NCBI GenBank assembly: GCA_008632985.1
Contig: QPGO01000033.1
Span: forward strand, 248,001 to 312,000
Source: Psammoneis japonica
Lineage: Eukaryota
Direction: 5' to 3'
Length of the DNA stretch: 64,000 bases
A model generated the notes under the pieces. The model was not told the DNA's origin. It did no database searches and was given only the letters and a program-made list of their open reading frames with translations. This document shows, piece after piece, positions 1 through 13,357 of the stretch (positions are counted from its first letter, which is position 1; every line of letters starts with the position of its first letter). The position numbers and the translations under genes are program-made.

Positions 1-2690
1 AAGAATGAGAACAGATCTTGTGAGAGACAATCTGACCAGCACCCCAAGTTCTGACCATCATGCATTGACAAGCTGGGCAATCTGCTGCTGCAATGTGCCA
101 TGTGTGGCACAAAAAAATGCTTGGTGTGACACACAGGCAAAGTCATCATGGACTCTGTGCCCCTGGAGCTGCAGAAAAGTCTGGTCTTTGGGCCATGGCC
201 TGTTGGGGTGGTGCTCCAGGGAACTGTGCTGATGCTTGTGTGCCAATTTGCCAAGGTTCCCACTTCAGTGGAGGGGTTCAGTCAAAAACAATCAAATGCT
301 CACAAATCACTTCAAGCTGTGCTTTTTCTGCTGCTGCTGTGTTTTGACATGCCAGTTGTTGTGCACTCCTGCCCAGGTGCTGGTGGTTGCCAACAACCCT
401 GCTCAGAGCCAAGACTGCCAGCTGGTGGTGAGCTCTGCAACTCAGAGACACTCAGTGGCATGTCATCCAAGCTGGTTGTGCACAAGCTCCTGCTGCCACT
501 GCACATGCTGGCAAACCAAAGCATCTTTTGTCATGGCCTTTTGCAGCTTCTTGAGTTTTCCAGGCTCCTGCAAGATGGAGTCAGCACACTCTCCTCATTG
601 CCTGCTCTGGAGCTCCATCATCAAAGCCTTCAGCATCTTCCTCATCACAGTCATTTGCCAGGGCACAGAGCTTGAGATTGAGGCACCTGTTGTCATTTCC
701 ACTGACCTGCAGAAGATCCTTGAAGCTGGTTGTTTTGCAAAGAAAAGGAAGAGGAGCCAACAACTTTTGAACTTTGCTTTCTCATCTGCCCCCTGTTCAG
801 CCAGCGAGTCAAAGCAGGCTTGCCTTGCTTTCAGGAAGGCCTGGCACTTGGGGCGTTTTTTGCCAAACCTGGGAACAAGTGCCTGTGCTGAAAAAGAAGG
901 TCAACAGAGTTGGAGATGTCTGCCCCAGCTGAAAAGGGAGCTTGGGCTCTTGCTTTGTTTCCACTTTGAACAATCTTGGCCTCTGCATCTCTGGTCTTGA
1001 CAGCATGAGGGAACTCTGCATTCCAGGAGTGAGCCAAGCACAAGTGAGGAGTTGTGAGAAAACAAGAGCAACTTGTTGAAGACTGTGCACTTCTTTTCAC
1101 ACCATCATCACTGGCAAGCCCCGCAAAATGCTTGCAGGTGGCTTGTCCATTTCTGCCAGTGCTTTGTCTGGGTTGGAGCTCTTTTGGTGGCACCTGCCTG
1201 ACACTCCTGTGCAAGAGTGGATGCACAACATTGCCTTGTGTAAAAACTTTCTTGATGTGGTCAGGATCTTCATTGTTTGGATCCCAGCCACATGCTCTTC
1301 TTGAGTCACATCAAGCTGCTGAAGTGATGGGCACACTCCAGGGCCAGGTTTTCTTCCAGCAAGGCACTTTTGATGATGCTGCTCAGCTCACAAAAGAGCA
1401 AGATGCCAGTGGCAGCAAGAGCTGCACTTTTTCTGTGGGGGCACAAGAGTCAAAAATGCAAGAGACATCTTGACGGACTAAATTTTGCACTTCTCTGCAA
1501 GTGATTGCACTTGCTTGCCTGATTGCTGAAAAGCAGCAAGAACAAACAAGAGAGTGTCTGACAAGACTGTTGACACCCCACTCATGACCAAACTTGCAGC
1601 TGGCTGGCTTGCAAAATCCAGCCAGAAATTCATGCTCCTGCTTGGGCACTGTGTCCCAGCACAGACTCATGTTCAACTTTGCCAGCAAAAAGAGCTCCAG
1701 CCAGAGTTTTTTGTTCAAAGAGGAGTTCACAAGGGAGCCCATGGCAAAGCTGCAAAAGACCTGTGTGTGGCCAGCACGTGTGTGTGTGCTCACAAGGCAT
1801 CTGATGGCAAAATTTTGCTGGCTTCCAGAGAGGCCAGAAAACCAACTTCTTTTTTGCCAAAACTTGCCCGCTCAGGTGCTGTTGCATCTCACGTGACTTT
1901 TTGATGACAGCCAACTTCTCAGTTCTTGCACACACTGCAAAAAGCTGATGCATGGCACCACAGTCTGCAGTGTGACCCTCCCCTTCTCTTTCACATTCTG
2001 ACATCAAAGAGGTTGGAAAAGAAAAAAAATGCTGGCCAGTTTGGCCAGAACCCTCCCAGATCCAGCCCAACATTTGTGTTTCTGTGCAGACTCTCTTGAG
2101 CAAGTGTGGTGGGGCAAAGGACAGTGCAGATGTTTTCATTTGCGGGAATTGAAAGTTCGCACTGAACTTGTCACTGTCATTTTTCTTCCCTGGGTGCACA
2201 GTGGGCTGCAGGCACTTTCTTGACATTTCATTCCCGCAGCAAGAGAAGGTGTGTTTTCTTTGTTGCTCACATCACAAGACAACGAAAGAAGGAGACAAAT
2301 GCAATGAGCGCCACACCGGCCACAACATGCTTGCACAGCTCAGCCAACAGTGACTTAGTTTTTCTCTTTTCTGCTGGGCACAGCTGCAGCAGAGAACAAT
2401 GCTCACACTCTCCCAGTGGAAACTGCTCAAGATCAACAAAAGACATGACAAATGTGCTGGGGGCTGCTCCATCTTCCTTTTGGCATTAAAAAAAAGTGTG
2501 GTGCCAACAAGAAAACATTGGGAAAATCTGGTTGGATTTTTGTGAAGAAGGTTTCTTGCCAGGCAGCAAGTGGCAACCCTGTCATAATTTCACTCCAGAG
2601 TTGTTCTCTTGTTTGAGAAGAGGGGTCTCCGACCTAAAAATTTCTTCTGGCAGTCGCAGGGCACATGAGTCATTTTTTGTTCACGCAAAT
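1..2690. mobile_element. Degenerate repeat/TE-derived block, TpA- and CpG-depleted (family not recognised)
   Basis: No TA seen in the first ~1240 nt and only ~7 to 2690; CG also very rare. Overlapping Tyr-free ORFs in all frames. The TE origin is inferred by analogy with the identifiable copia blocks. Confidence 0.45.
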
Positions 2691-2942
2691 TATCCACTCA
2701 CGATGGCGAAGAATTGTGAAGGGCATTAGATTCTCACATAAACTACAGTAGAGAATGAGAGAATCAAACAGTAGCAGCAAACGAGAGAAGAGCAATAAGC
2801 TAAAAGGTACCGAAACTAGATCGTCTTGAGCTAACAATGTAGATATTTTATTGCAATAACAAAAACATATAGGTGTACAAAGGTGCTTTTCTCTACACGG
2901 GCGAGAAGCCAGTTCCGTAAAGGAAGCAGAAAAAACCGGAAT

Positions 2943-5900
2943 TTAATGGTCGAGTTCAGCCAAGTTGAGCTTGGATGCGCCCTTTGGAAGTAGCTTGGTT
3001 CCCTGGGGTGCGGGCTCAACATGTTCATCAAAGATCCATTCCTCGCGATCGTCCGTATCTTCGCCAGCTGCTTTGAGCTTACGTCGCATTGCCTTCTCGG
3101 CCTCCATGATCAAAAACACAGAAACCATCATCAAAATGGTGATACCCCACTGGGTTCCGTCCATGCCGGACATACCAAAGATGGTATCGTTCAAACCAGG
3201 TGTGTAGGTCGTGAAGAGCTGAAGCACAATGACAATAATGGCGGAATACCACAGAGACATGTTGCCCTTGAAGATGCGGGGGTGGATGGAACTGTTGTAG
3301 GTGAAACGAGCACTTGTGGTGATGGCAATGGCACCAAAGTCCAACGTGTTGAAGGCCTGGGCGCGCTGTTCCTCAAGGGTATAGTCGAGAGAGCGGGCCC
3401 AGAAGGAAGATCCGACGACTGCGGCGGTCAGAGCAATGGTTCCAAGAGCAATACGAAGGAAGAGGTAACGTCCGATGAGGCGCTTTCCAACCCTACGAGG
3501 AGGGATGTTCATGATACCATCTTCGGCAGGCTCGACGGCGCACACAAATCCAAGAGTCACGGCACAGATCAAGTTGGAGTACAACACCTGAATGGCAGTC
3601 AAGGGAGTATCTTCAAGACCGAAAGCAAAACCAAACAGAACGGAAAGACCCTGAGAGTTGTTGATGGGGGTGTTCACCAACAGCACCTTACGAAGGTTAT
3701 CCCACACAGTACGGCCCTCACGAACGGCAGTCACAATGGTGGCAAAGTTATCGTCAGCAAGAATCATTTCGGAAGCCTCACGAGCGACATCGGTTCCCTC
3801 TTTACCCATGGCAACACCCATGTCAGCGGCCTTGAGCGCAGGACTGAAAGTTAAAATGAATCGAAGAAACCGAAGTGTGAGAATGCGAAGCACAACGCAG
3901 AGAAATATCCAAAACAAAGCATGTACTCACGCATCGTTGACACCGTCTCCAGTCATACTGGCAACTTGTCCTTCTGCTTGGAGTGCCTTCACAATACGGA
4001 TCTTGTTCTGAGGAGAAGCACGAGCAAACACGTTGTGGGCCATGACGGCCTTACGGAGCTCGTCGTCGTCCATGGCATCCATCTCAGGTCCAGTCACAGC
4101 CTCGCTGTATTTTTCATCGACAATACCCAACATGTGTCCAATGGCAACGGCAGTATCCTTGTGGTCACCGGTAATCATAGCAACGCGGACACCGGCACCA
4201 TGGGCTTCTTTGATAGCGGCAACACACTCTTGACGAGGAGGGTCCATAATAGCACAGAGACCAACCATGGTCAGCCAGGGTTCACTACGTTCATTGACGA
4301 ACTCAGGTCCAAGCTGCTCTCCGTCGCTCACTTCATCCGTATTGATGGATCCACGGCACAAAGCCAAGACACGAAGACCGTGAGAACTGAGGATAGCAAT
4401 CTGTTCGTTCCAGAAGCGCTTGTCAAGAGCTTCAATACCATCGCCATCGAACTTGCCGCCCTTAGACTGGTACTTGCACAGAGGGATCATGCGGTCGGGA
4501 GCACCCTTGACGTGCACAATGTACTTATCGGTGAAACCATTGCCATCGACCTCCTCAACCGGAGGGTGGACGGTGGCCATGAACTTGTACTCACTGGAGA
4601 AAGGCACTTCAGCGGTGATGGGGGCTGCCTTCTTCATGTCTTCAATCTCGATACCGGTAAAGTAAGCAGCACGAAGAATGGAAAGCTCGGTGGGGTTACC
4701 AATTTCGCCTTCGCGGGTTCCGTTCTCGCCCAATACACACTTGGAACACAAGATACCTCCGGATAGGACGGACTTGACGTATTCGACAGTGGGCGACTCG
4801 CCCTGGTGTTCAGCGTTGGCATCATCATCGAGTGCGGCGGTGTTGTGGGCGGACTGGTGCGTAGAAATGTTGCTATCGGCGATAGTATCGGCGGCGAAGT
4901 GGAAGGAGGAGTCCTTCTTACCACGCTTCTTCTGGCCACCCATGGGTCCATCGGCGACAACATCCTTTGTCTTGCGGTTCATCTGGTGGTTGGCACGTTC
5001 AGCCAAGTACTTGTCGTCGCGAACAAAGTTGGTAGTGACACGATCCTTGCTGTGAACATCTACCTTCCAGCGAGAGTCGGCGGTGACAAAAGCGGTGAGG
5101 GACATCTCGTTCTTGGTGAGCGTACCGGTCTTATCGGAACAGATAACGGTGACACTGCCCAACGTCTCCACGGCGGGAAGGGCACGAACAATGGCGTTGT
5201 GGTCCGCCATGTTGGACACAGCGTAGGCGTAGACGACGGTGACAATGGCCTCGAGACCCTCGGGAATCATAGCAACGGCTGCAACCAAGGCAATGGCAAC
5301 AGCATCAATGGCGCTCTCTCCGGTGCTCAAAAAGGCAATAAGGAAGGTCACGATGGCGCAGAGCACAATGAAGAAGGCGAGCCACTTGGACACAGTGTCA
5401 ATCTGTTCCAACACAGCGGTCTTCTTCTCTTCGACTTGGCTCACGAGGGCGTTGATGGTACCAATCTGGGTGTTGTCACCGGTAGCGATGGCAATACCGA
5501 CTCCACTTCCCTGAGCAACAAGAGTAGCACTGAAGGTCATGTTCTGACGATCTCCAAGAGGAGTCTGGGAAGGGTCACCACTCTCAGGCATTGGGATGGG
5601 CTCAACGCTCTTGTCAATGGGAACGGACTCTCCAGTGAGTGCGGCTTCTTGACAGGCAAGGTTGGCGGAGGAGATGATACGCATATCACATGGGACCTTG
5701 TCTCCAAGGCCAAGCATGACGATATCTCCGGGAACAAGCTCTTCAGCAGGAAGCATCTTCTCTTGTCCGTCACGAAGAACACGGGCATCACTTGAAAGCA
5801 TGGACTTGAGGGCCTCAGCGGCTTCTTCAGCGGAACCTTCTTGGACAATACCGATCCAGGTGTTGACGGAAATCACACCAACAATAATACCGACCTGAAT

Positions 5901-6233
5901 CCAGTTTGTGACCTTGTCGTCGCCATTGTCGGCGGTGATGGCGCGAGCAGCAGACACCACAGCAACAATAACAAGAATCAACACCAACACGTTGGCAACC
6001 TGAGCCCAGATACGCTCAAGAAGCGTCTTCTTACGGGCTTCCGTCAACTTGTTAGGACCATACTCTTCGAGGCGCTGGGCGGCTTGGGCAGCGGTCAATC
6101 CAACCTCGCGAAGATTCTCGTCGCACTTGAGCTCCTTGATGGTAGCCTCGGCGGTCATGACGTGCCATGCCGGTGCTGGAGGCCTGTCCTCGACATTGCC
6201 TCCGCTCTTGGAGCCTTTTTCAACGTCGCTCAT
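2943..6233 (-). CDS. Type II (P2) cation-transporting P-type ATPase, copy 1; exons 6233-3931 and 3843-2943, ~1067 aa
   Basis: Motifs [22 protein letters not shown] and MITGDH. Splicing the GT-AG intron 3930-3844 restores [20 protein letters not shown]. Confidence 0.95.
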
Positions 6234-6500
6234 GGTTTCCTCGTCCTTGTTTTACTTCCTGGCTTTGGCTTGAGCGTGATCGGAACGAGAGACGCTGACG
6301 AAAAAGTGAGACAACGGTTGTTGGTGGGCGTGAGCAGGAACAAGTTTAGTAGAAAAATACCGACACCTTCTGTATGTAGCTTTGGTATACGATTCTACGT
6401 CTCCTTCCACATACGTATGCGTTTCGTCTCCGTAGCAGAATTCTCGTACAGTTCTACGGTGAAGGTGACATCATCCTCTTACAGCCCTCGATTCTCTCTT

Positions 6501-6531
6501 TGTCACGATGACGTATATACCAGATTTCTAC
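6501..6531. promoter_or_regulatory. Conserved upstream motif TGTCAnnATGACGTATATAC-n2/3-GATTTCTAC of ATPase copy 1
   Basis: Matches 12673-12704 upstream of copy 2 although the surrounding promoters have diverged. Contains a TGACGT (CRE-like) core. Confidence 0.5.
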
Positions 6532-6729
6532 ACTGTTTTTCTGTAGGAAATTCACGTTGCATTCGGCGAACTGAACCTCCCCCGCGTCATTGTTGAGTAT
6601 CGAATTTTTGTATTGTCGTTGTCCAACGGCCGGAAAATTATTCGTCGCTTTTACCGGTTATTCACATCCACAAATTTGAAGATCTACGGTGGGAATCCTA
6701 GATTGTGTGTTCGCAATTTCAAAAATAAT

Positions 6730-8675
6730 GGAGGCCCAATCTGCCCGAATCCCCCCAAAAATGTGAACCCCCCCCTTCATCATCACAAGCCTTTCATCAA
6801 TCCAATGATGAACTGTGAGACGATGAGCCAAACTGGTCGCGAGCACAATGGGTGCACTTTTTGACATTTGCATCAGCCAGCCAGGCCTGGCCAGGACATT
6901 TGATGGCCAGGCAAAGTCTCAAGTTTCCAGGCTGCGTGCCGCTTGTCAAAGCACTCAGCCCTGAGCACAAAAAAGAAAAATTTCAGTTTCATGCTGTGGT
7001 GGATGGAAAAAGAAAGCAAGTGGTGTTCATCCCCAAGATGGTGGCATCGTGCACGTCCCAGCACTCAGCCCTCAGCACAAAAGGGAAAAATCTCAGCTTC
7101 GGCATGCTGTGGTGGAGATGGAAAAAGAAAGCAAGTGGCGCTCATCCCCAAGATGGCGGCATCGTGCACAATGCTGAATCTTCCAAATGCACCATGTCAC
7201 TGTGCATTGTGGGTGGCATGTGTGTTGCCCAGGCAAGAGCTCGTCGTGTCTTGTTTTGTGTCATTTGCAACCTTCCTCAGCAGCTGGCCAAAGCCAATTT
7301 TCCATCATTTTGTGCCGGCCAGCTGGTCCAGCAAAAATGCCAGAGGAGCAGTTTGACTCACTTCTGCTCTGAGTCCAACATGCTTGACATCCACCGCAGG
7401 AGCTGCTGACAACATGACACCCAGATCTGATGACACAACACAAGCACTGCCCCAATGCTGGCTGCCACAGACTCTTTCAACATGGCGCATCACTTTCAGC
7501 ACCAACACATCTGCTGCTGCACTTTTGCAGATTTGGTTTGGACGATCCTTCCAGCACCAGCAATGCACCACACTTTCAGCTCCTCCTGATTGAACTCAAC
7601 TTCACACCACCAGATGCACTCACATCGGCGATGCTCTTGCAGCTTGCAGCTGCCCTCCTGCTGATGGCTTTGAACTCAACAGCCCTGGTTTTAATGGCAA
7701 TGTTGCTGCTTCCTTGTTTGTCTTGGCAAATGCTGTGCCGTCTTCTCAGTGTGCCCAAATCATGGTGGATGTCACCCAGCATCACTTTGCCAGTGCATCT
7801 CACAGACAGCAGCAGTTCTCCACAGGCAGGCTGCGCTGCTGATGCCTGGCTTGGCATGACACTGCCACTTCCACTTGCTCCCCCCTGCCTTGACTTCTCC
7901 TGGGGCACTGCTGCTGCAACATTTTCAATCTGACACAATGCCCATCAGTCCTCTGGCACACCCAGATCTGAGGAGGACAACCCCAGTCGATGGTGGAGCT
8001 GCACCCACCTCTGTGTTTTCCCAGCATCCAAAGGAAATGAGCCATCCTGTGCTCATGCCATGACTGGGTGGGGAGTGGTGCGGGGAGCTCTTGACTCTCT
8101 GCACAGTGTGCTGCTCTCCTCCCACTCACCTGTGGAAATTTTCAACAAAGCACAGAGGCAGCTTCTTTGGAGGTGGCAATGCAGGCCAGCACCAGCAAAG
8201 GAACACCAGGTGCCACAGATGTCAAGCTAATTTCCAAAACAATTCTTGAGAAGAGACAGCTTCTTCATGCAGCACAGGGGCTGCCTGGCCAAAACCCCAC
8301 ACGGGGGTTCAAGCTGAAGATGTGAACCAGCAACTTCCTGTTCATGAGATCTTTTGCTGTCTGCAAAATGGTGCTGCTGCACTTGGTTTCATGACTTGCA
8401 GATGAGACCCTGTTTGTCAACTGCTCCATTTTTTGACATGTTCCTGGCTGGTCATCTCTGCAGCAGATGATGCCAGCCATGGCAACAAATGGTTTCCAAC
8501 ACAAAGATCCTTGTTTTGGTTTGCACTCCAAAGGAACAGCAGCTAAAAGCAAAATGCATCACAGTCTTTAAACAGGAAACAACTGCAACACAGCAGCCAA
8601 AGCTGTCATGTCTCTTGCCCAATGAGCTCACATGAATCACTGTTGTGCACCACTTCTTCGACAGTGGGGGTTTTC
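6730..8675. mobile_element. Degenerate TpA-depleted insertion between the ATPase copies
   Basis: Only ~4 TA in ~1.9 kb, all in TAA/TTA context; low CG; internal tandem duplication. Confidence 0.45.
6951..7169. repeat. Imperfect ~110-bp tandem duplication
   Basis: gcactcagccct...ccccaagatgg(t/c)ggcatcgtgcac occurs at 6951-7054 and 7061-7169. Confidence 0.85.
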
Positions 8676-9170
8676 AGGGTAAGAAAGGCAAGTCTGTGAT
8701 TGACAGATTCTACAAGATAAGAGGATCAAGCGCAGGGAGTGAGTGAAGAGCGCAAGCGATCTTTCTCCCGCCATCTACACTTCGAAGGCACTAACCGACT
8801 GCCCACTGTCAACTGCGGATTCCGCAGTTCTCGTTGGAACAGCGAGCACAAATGTAAGCGTGCCGTACACTTTATCAGCACTTGAGTGTCATACATTGCC
8901 ACAGTTTTTATCACATACATTGCAGCAGTTCTTTTACGAATATACGGTACGACGAAACAGAGTACTGTAAGCTGCATTTAGTGGGTTTAGCTATTATGAT
9001 TACTAACTGACAGCGACTGCTATGGCACAGTCTTCCTTTGACATAGAACTGTAACGGTGAAGAGCACCGCTAACTGCACTTACAATATGCACACGCGGAA
9101 ACACACAGAGAAGATGCGTGTAATGTAGAACGCTTTTCTTGTTTGCAACTGCAATACAAGGCATTATGGC

Positions 9171-12100
9171 CTACTTTTCAAGTTCGGCCAAGTTGAGCTT
9201 AGATGCTCCCTTCGGAAGCAGTTTGGTTCCCTGGGGCGCAGGCTCAACATGTTCATCAAAGATCCATTCCTCGCGATCATCCGTATCCGAACCACCGGCC
9301 TTGAGTTTACGGCGCAATGCCTTCTCAGCCTCCATGATCAAAAACACGGAAACCATCATCAAAATGGTGATACCCCACTGGGTTCCGTCCATGCCGGACA
9401 TACCAAAGATGGTATCGTTCAAACCAGGCGTGTAGGTCGTGAAGAGCTGAAGCACAATGACAATAATGGCGGAATACCACAGAGACATGTTGCCCTTGAA
9501 GATGCGGGGGTGGATGGAACTGTTGTAGGTGAAACGAGCACTTGCAGTGATGGCAATGGCACCAAAGTCCAACGTGTTGAAGGCCTGGGCGCGCTGTTCC
9601 TCAAGGGTGTAGTCGAGAGAGCGGGCCCAGAAGGAAGATCCGACGACTGCGGCAGTCAGAGCAATGGTTCCAAGAGCAATACGAAGGAAGAGGTAACGTC
9701 CGATGAGGCGCTTTCCAACCCTACGAGGAGGGATGTTCATGATACCATCTTCGGCAGGCTCGACGGCGCACACAAATCCAAGAGTCACGGCACAGATCAA
9801 GTTGGAGTACAACACCTGAATGGCAGTCAAGGGAGTATCTTCAAGACCGAAAGCAAAACCAAACAGAACGGAAAGACCCTGAGAGTTGTTGATGGGGGTG
9901 TTCACCAACAGCACCTTACGAAGGTTATCCCACACAGTACGGCCCTCGCGAACGGCAGTCACAATGGTGGCAAAGTTATCGTCAGCAAGAATCATTTCGG
10001 AAGCCTCACGAGCGACATCGGTTCCTTCTTTACCCATGGCAACACCCATGTCAGCGGCCTTAAGCGCAGGACTGAAAGTCAAAATGAATCGAAGAAACCG
10101 AAGTGTGAGAATGCGAAGCACAACGCAGAGAAATATCCAAAACAAAGCATGTACTCACGCATCGTTGACACCGTCTCCAGTCATACTGGCAACTTGTCCT
10201 TCTGCTTGGAGTGCCTTCACAATACGGATCTTGTTCTGAGGAGAAGCACGAGCAAACACGTTGTGGGCCATGACGGCCTTACGGAGCTCGTCGTCGTCCA
10301 TGGCATCCATCTCAGGTCCAGTCACAGCCTCGCTGTATTTTTCATCGACAATACCCAACATGTGTCCAATGGCAACGGCAGTATCCTTGTGGTCACCGGT
10401 AATCATAGCAACGCGGACACCGGCACCATGGGCTTCTTTGATAGCGGCAACACACTCTTGACGAGGAGGGTCCATAATAGCACAGAGACCAACCATGGTC
10501 AACCAGGGTTCACTACGTTCATTGACGAACTCAGGTCCAAGCTGCTCTCCATCGCTCACTTCATCGGTGTTGATGGATCCACGGCACAAAGCCAAGACAC
10601 GAAGACCGTGAGAACTGAGGATAGCAATCTGTTCGTTCCAGAAGCGCTTGTCAAGAGCTTCAATACCATCGCCATCGAACTTGCCGCCCTTGGATTGGTA
10701 CTTGCACAGAGGGATCATACGGTCGGGAGCACCCTTGACGTGCACAATGTACTTATCGGTGAAACCATTGCCATCGACCTCCTCAACCGGAGGGTGGACG
10801 GTGGCCATGAACTTGTACTCACTGGAGAAAGGCACTTCAGCGGTGATGGGGGCTGCCTTCTTCATGTCTTCAATCTCGATACCGGTAAAGTAAGCAGCAC
10901 GAAGAATGGAAAGCTCGGTGGGGTTACCAATTTCGCCTTCGCGGGTTCCGTTCTCGCCCAATACACACTTGGAACACAAGATACCTCCGGATAGGACGGA
11001 CTTGACGTATTCGACAGTGGGCGACTCGCCCTGGTGTTCAGCGTTGGCATCATCATCGAGTGCGGCGGTGTTGTGGGCGGACTGGTGCGTAGAAATGTTG
11101 CTATCGGCGATAGTATCGGCGGCGAAGTGGAAGGAGGAGTCCTTCTTACCACGCTTCTTCTGGCCACCCATGGGTCCATCGGCGACGACATCCTTCGTCT
11201 TGCGGTTCATCTGGTGGTTGGCACGTTCAGCCAAGTACTTGTCGTCGCGAACAAAGTTGGTGGTGACGCGATCTTTGCTGTGAACATCCACCTTCCAGCG
11301 AGAGTCGGCGGTGACAAAAGCGGTGAGGGACATCTCGTTCTTGGTGAGCGTACCGGTCTTATCGGAACAGATAACGGTGACACTGCCCAACGTCTCCACG
11401 GCGGGAAGGGCACGAACAATGGCGTTGTGGTCCGCCATGTTGGACACAGCGTAGGCGTAGACGACGGTGACAATGGCCTCGAGACCCTCGGGAATCATAG
11501 CAACGGCTGCAACAAGGGCAATGGCAACGGCATCAATGGCGCTCTCCCCGGTGCTCAAAAAGGCAATAAGGAAGGTCACGATGGCGCAGAGCACAATGAA
11601 GAAGGCGAGCCACTTGGACACAGTGTCAATCTGTTCCAACACAGCGGTCTTCTTCTCTTCGACTTGGCTCACGAGGGCGTTGATCGTACCAATCTGGGTG
11701 TTGTCACCGGTAGCGATGGCAATGCCGACTCCACTTCCCTGAGCAACAAGCGTAGCACTGAAGGTCATGTTCTGACGATCTCCAAGAGGAGTCTGGGAAG
11801 GATCACCACTCTCAGGCATTGGGATGGGCTCGACGCTCTTATCAATGGGAACGGACTCTCCAGTGAGAGCGGCTTCTTGACAGGCAAGGTTGGCGGAGGA
11901 GATGATACGCATATCACATGGGACCTTGTCTCCAAGGCCAAGCATGACGATATCTCCAGGAACAAGCTCTTCAGCGGGAAGCATCTTCTCTTGTCCGTCA
12001 CGAAGAACACGGGCATCACTTGAAAGCATGGACTTGAGGGCCTCAGCGGCTTCTTCAGCGGAACCTTCTTGGACAATACCGATCCAGGTGTTGACGGAAA

Positions 12101-12461
12101 TCACACCAACAATGATACCGACCTGAATCCAGTTTGTGACCTTGTCGTCGCCATTGTCGGCGGTGATGGCACGAGCAGCAGACACCACAGCAACAATAAC
12201 AAGAATCAACACCAACACGTTGGCAACCTGAGCCCAGATACGCTCAAGAAGCGTCTTCTTACGGGCTTCCGTCAACTTGTTAGGACCATACTCTTCGAGG
12301 CGCTGGGCGGCTTGGGCAGCGGTCAATCCAACCTCGCGAAGGTTCTCGTCGCACTTGAGCTCCTTGATGGTAGCCTCGGCAGTCATGACGTGCCATGCCG
12401 GTGCTGGAGGCCTGTCCTCGACATTGCCTCCCTTCTTGGAGCCTTTTTCAACGTCGCTCAT
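9171..12461 (-). CDS. Type II (P2) cation-transporting P-type ATPase, copy 2; exons 12461-10159 and 10071-9171
   Basis: Near-identical to copy 1 at an offset of exactly 6228 nt, with the same intron (10158-10072) and the same motifs. Confidence 0.95.
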
Positions 12462-12621
12462 GGTTCGATCCGTGTCTCTCTTGAAAGATGCGGGTCGAAC
12501 AAAAAATGAGACCAAAATGGCAGGAAAGCGAAAAGCGGTCCTAATACGTTTTCTACTTACACAGTTTTCAGTATTCGTTTTACTTGCTTTCGTCACGTAC
12601 GCACGCATTCTTCATTTTTCT

Positions 12622-12762
12622 CGTAGATTTCTACATGCTGACGTGCAAAAATTTCAAAAAAGAATTTCCCCGTGTCAGCATGACGTATATACTATGATTT
12701 CTACGTAACATTCTACGGCTTTTATCGAAAATCGGTCCTGCTGACGTTTCTCTGAATGACGT
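12622..12762. promoter_or_regulatory. Cluster of four TGACGT motifs plus GTAGA/TCTAC motifs upstream of ATPase copy 2
   Basis: TGACGT at 12639, 12681, 12742 and 12757; inverted repeat GTAGA-tt-TCTAC at 12623-12634. Confidence 0.5.
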
Positions 12763-13357
12763 GTACTGTACTACTACTACTAATGGCAACCCGGATATTA
12801 TGGTGATCCTCCAGTTCGTTTGGTTCTCGCACTCTTCACATGTGTACCGGCATGTTGTGTTGAATTTAGGCCTAGCTAGCTATGGTAGAGCCACTCTCTA
12901 GCTTCTATTAGGACTCTAGCAAGTAGAAGAGCTGGATGCAAGGGTTCTTTACCTGGAGCTCACGGCAGTCTCTGTCTTCAAGCACAGCTCAACCGCGTGC
13001 TGAAGTCGTAGAACAAAGCATCACTGCATGAGTCAATTGTTCGAGCGAGCTAGAGATAGGAGCCATAAAGGATCATTTCCAAGATTCTTACGTGCATTTT
13101 GTCTTTTAAAGCCAAGAAGTATTATTTCAACAAGCAGCAGGAATCGGTAGCAGAATTCCAGTCTAGAGTGCATGCGAAGACATCCTTGAACTATTTCCAT
13201 GATCAGCAATTTTCCAATCTTTGTTCCTGGCGCTCATTCACCTGAATAGAACGTAAAGCAAGTATCAGGTAGTTGACATGGGATGCCTCTCTGTTCAGAA
13301 TTCACCTCACCTACAGCTTTGAAGCAACGGAACATGCTAATAGGAGAGCTGAACAGG

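Noticed and set aside
1..2690. Many 60-250 aa ORFs here and in the other TA-depleted blocks
   Set aside because: They overlap in all six frames, are nearly Tyr-free and show no domains. They are explained by loss of TAA/TAG stops.
6730..8690. Terminal inverted repeats defining DNA transposons at this and other depleted blocks
   Set aside because: C-rich and G-rich ends are suggestive, but I could not find a convincing TIR/TSD pair by eye.
3021..12023. Long plus-strand ORFs (277-581 aa) opposite the ATPases
   Set aside because: Antisense shadows caused by codon bias of the real minus-strand genes.
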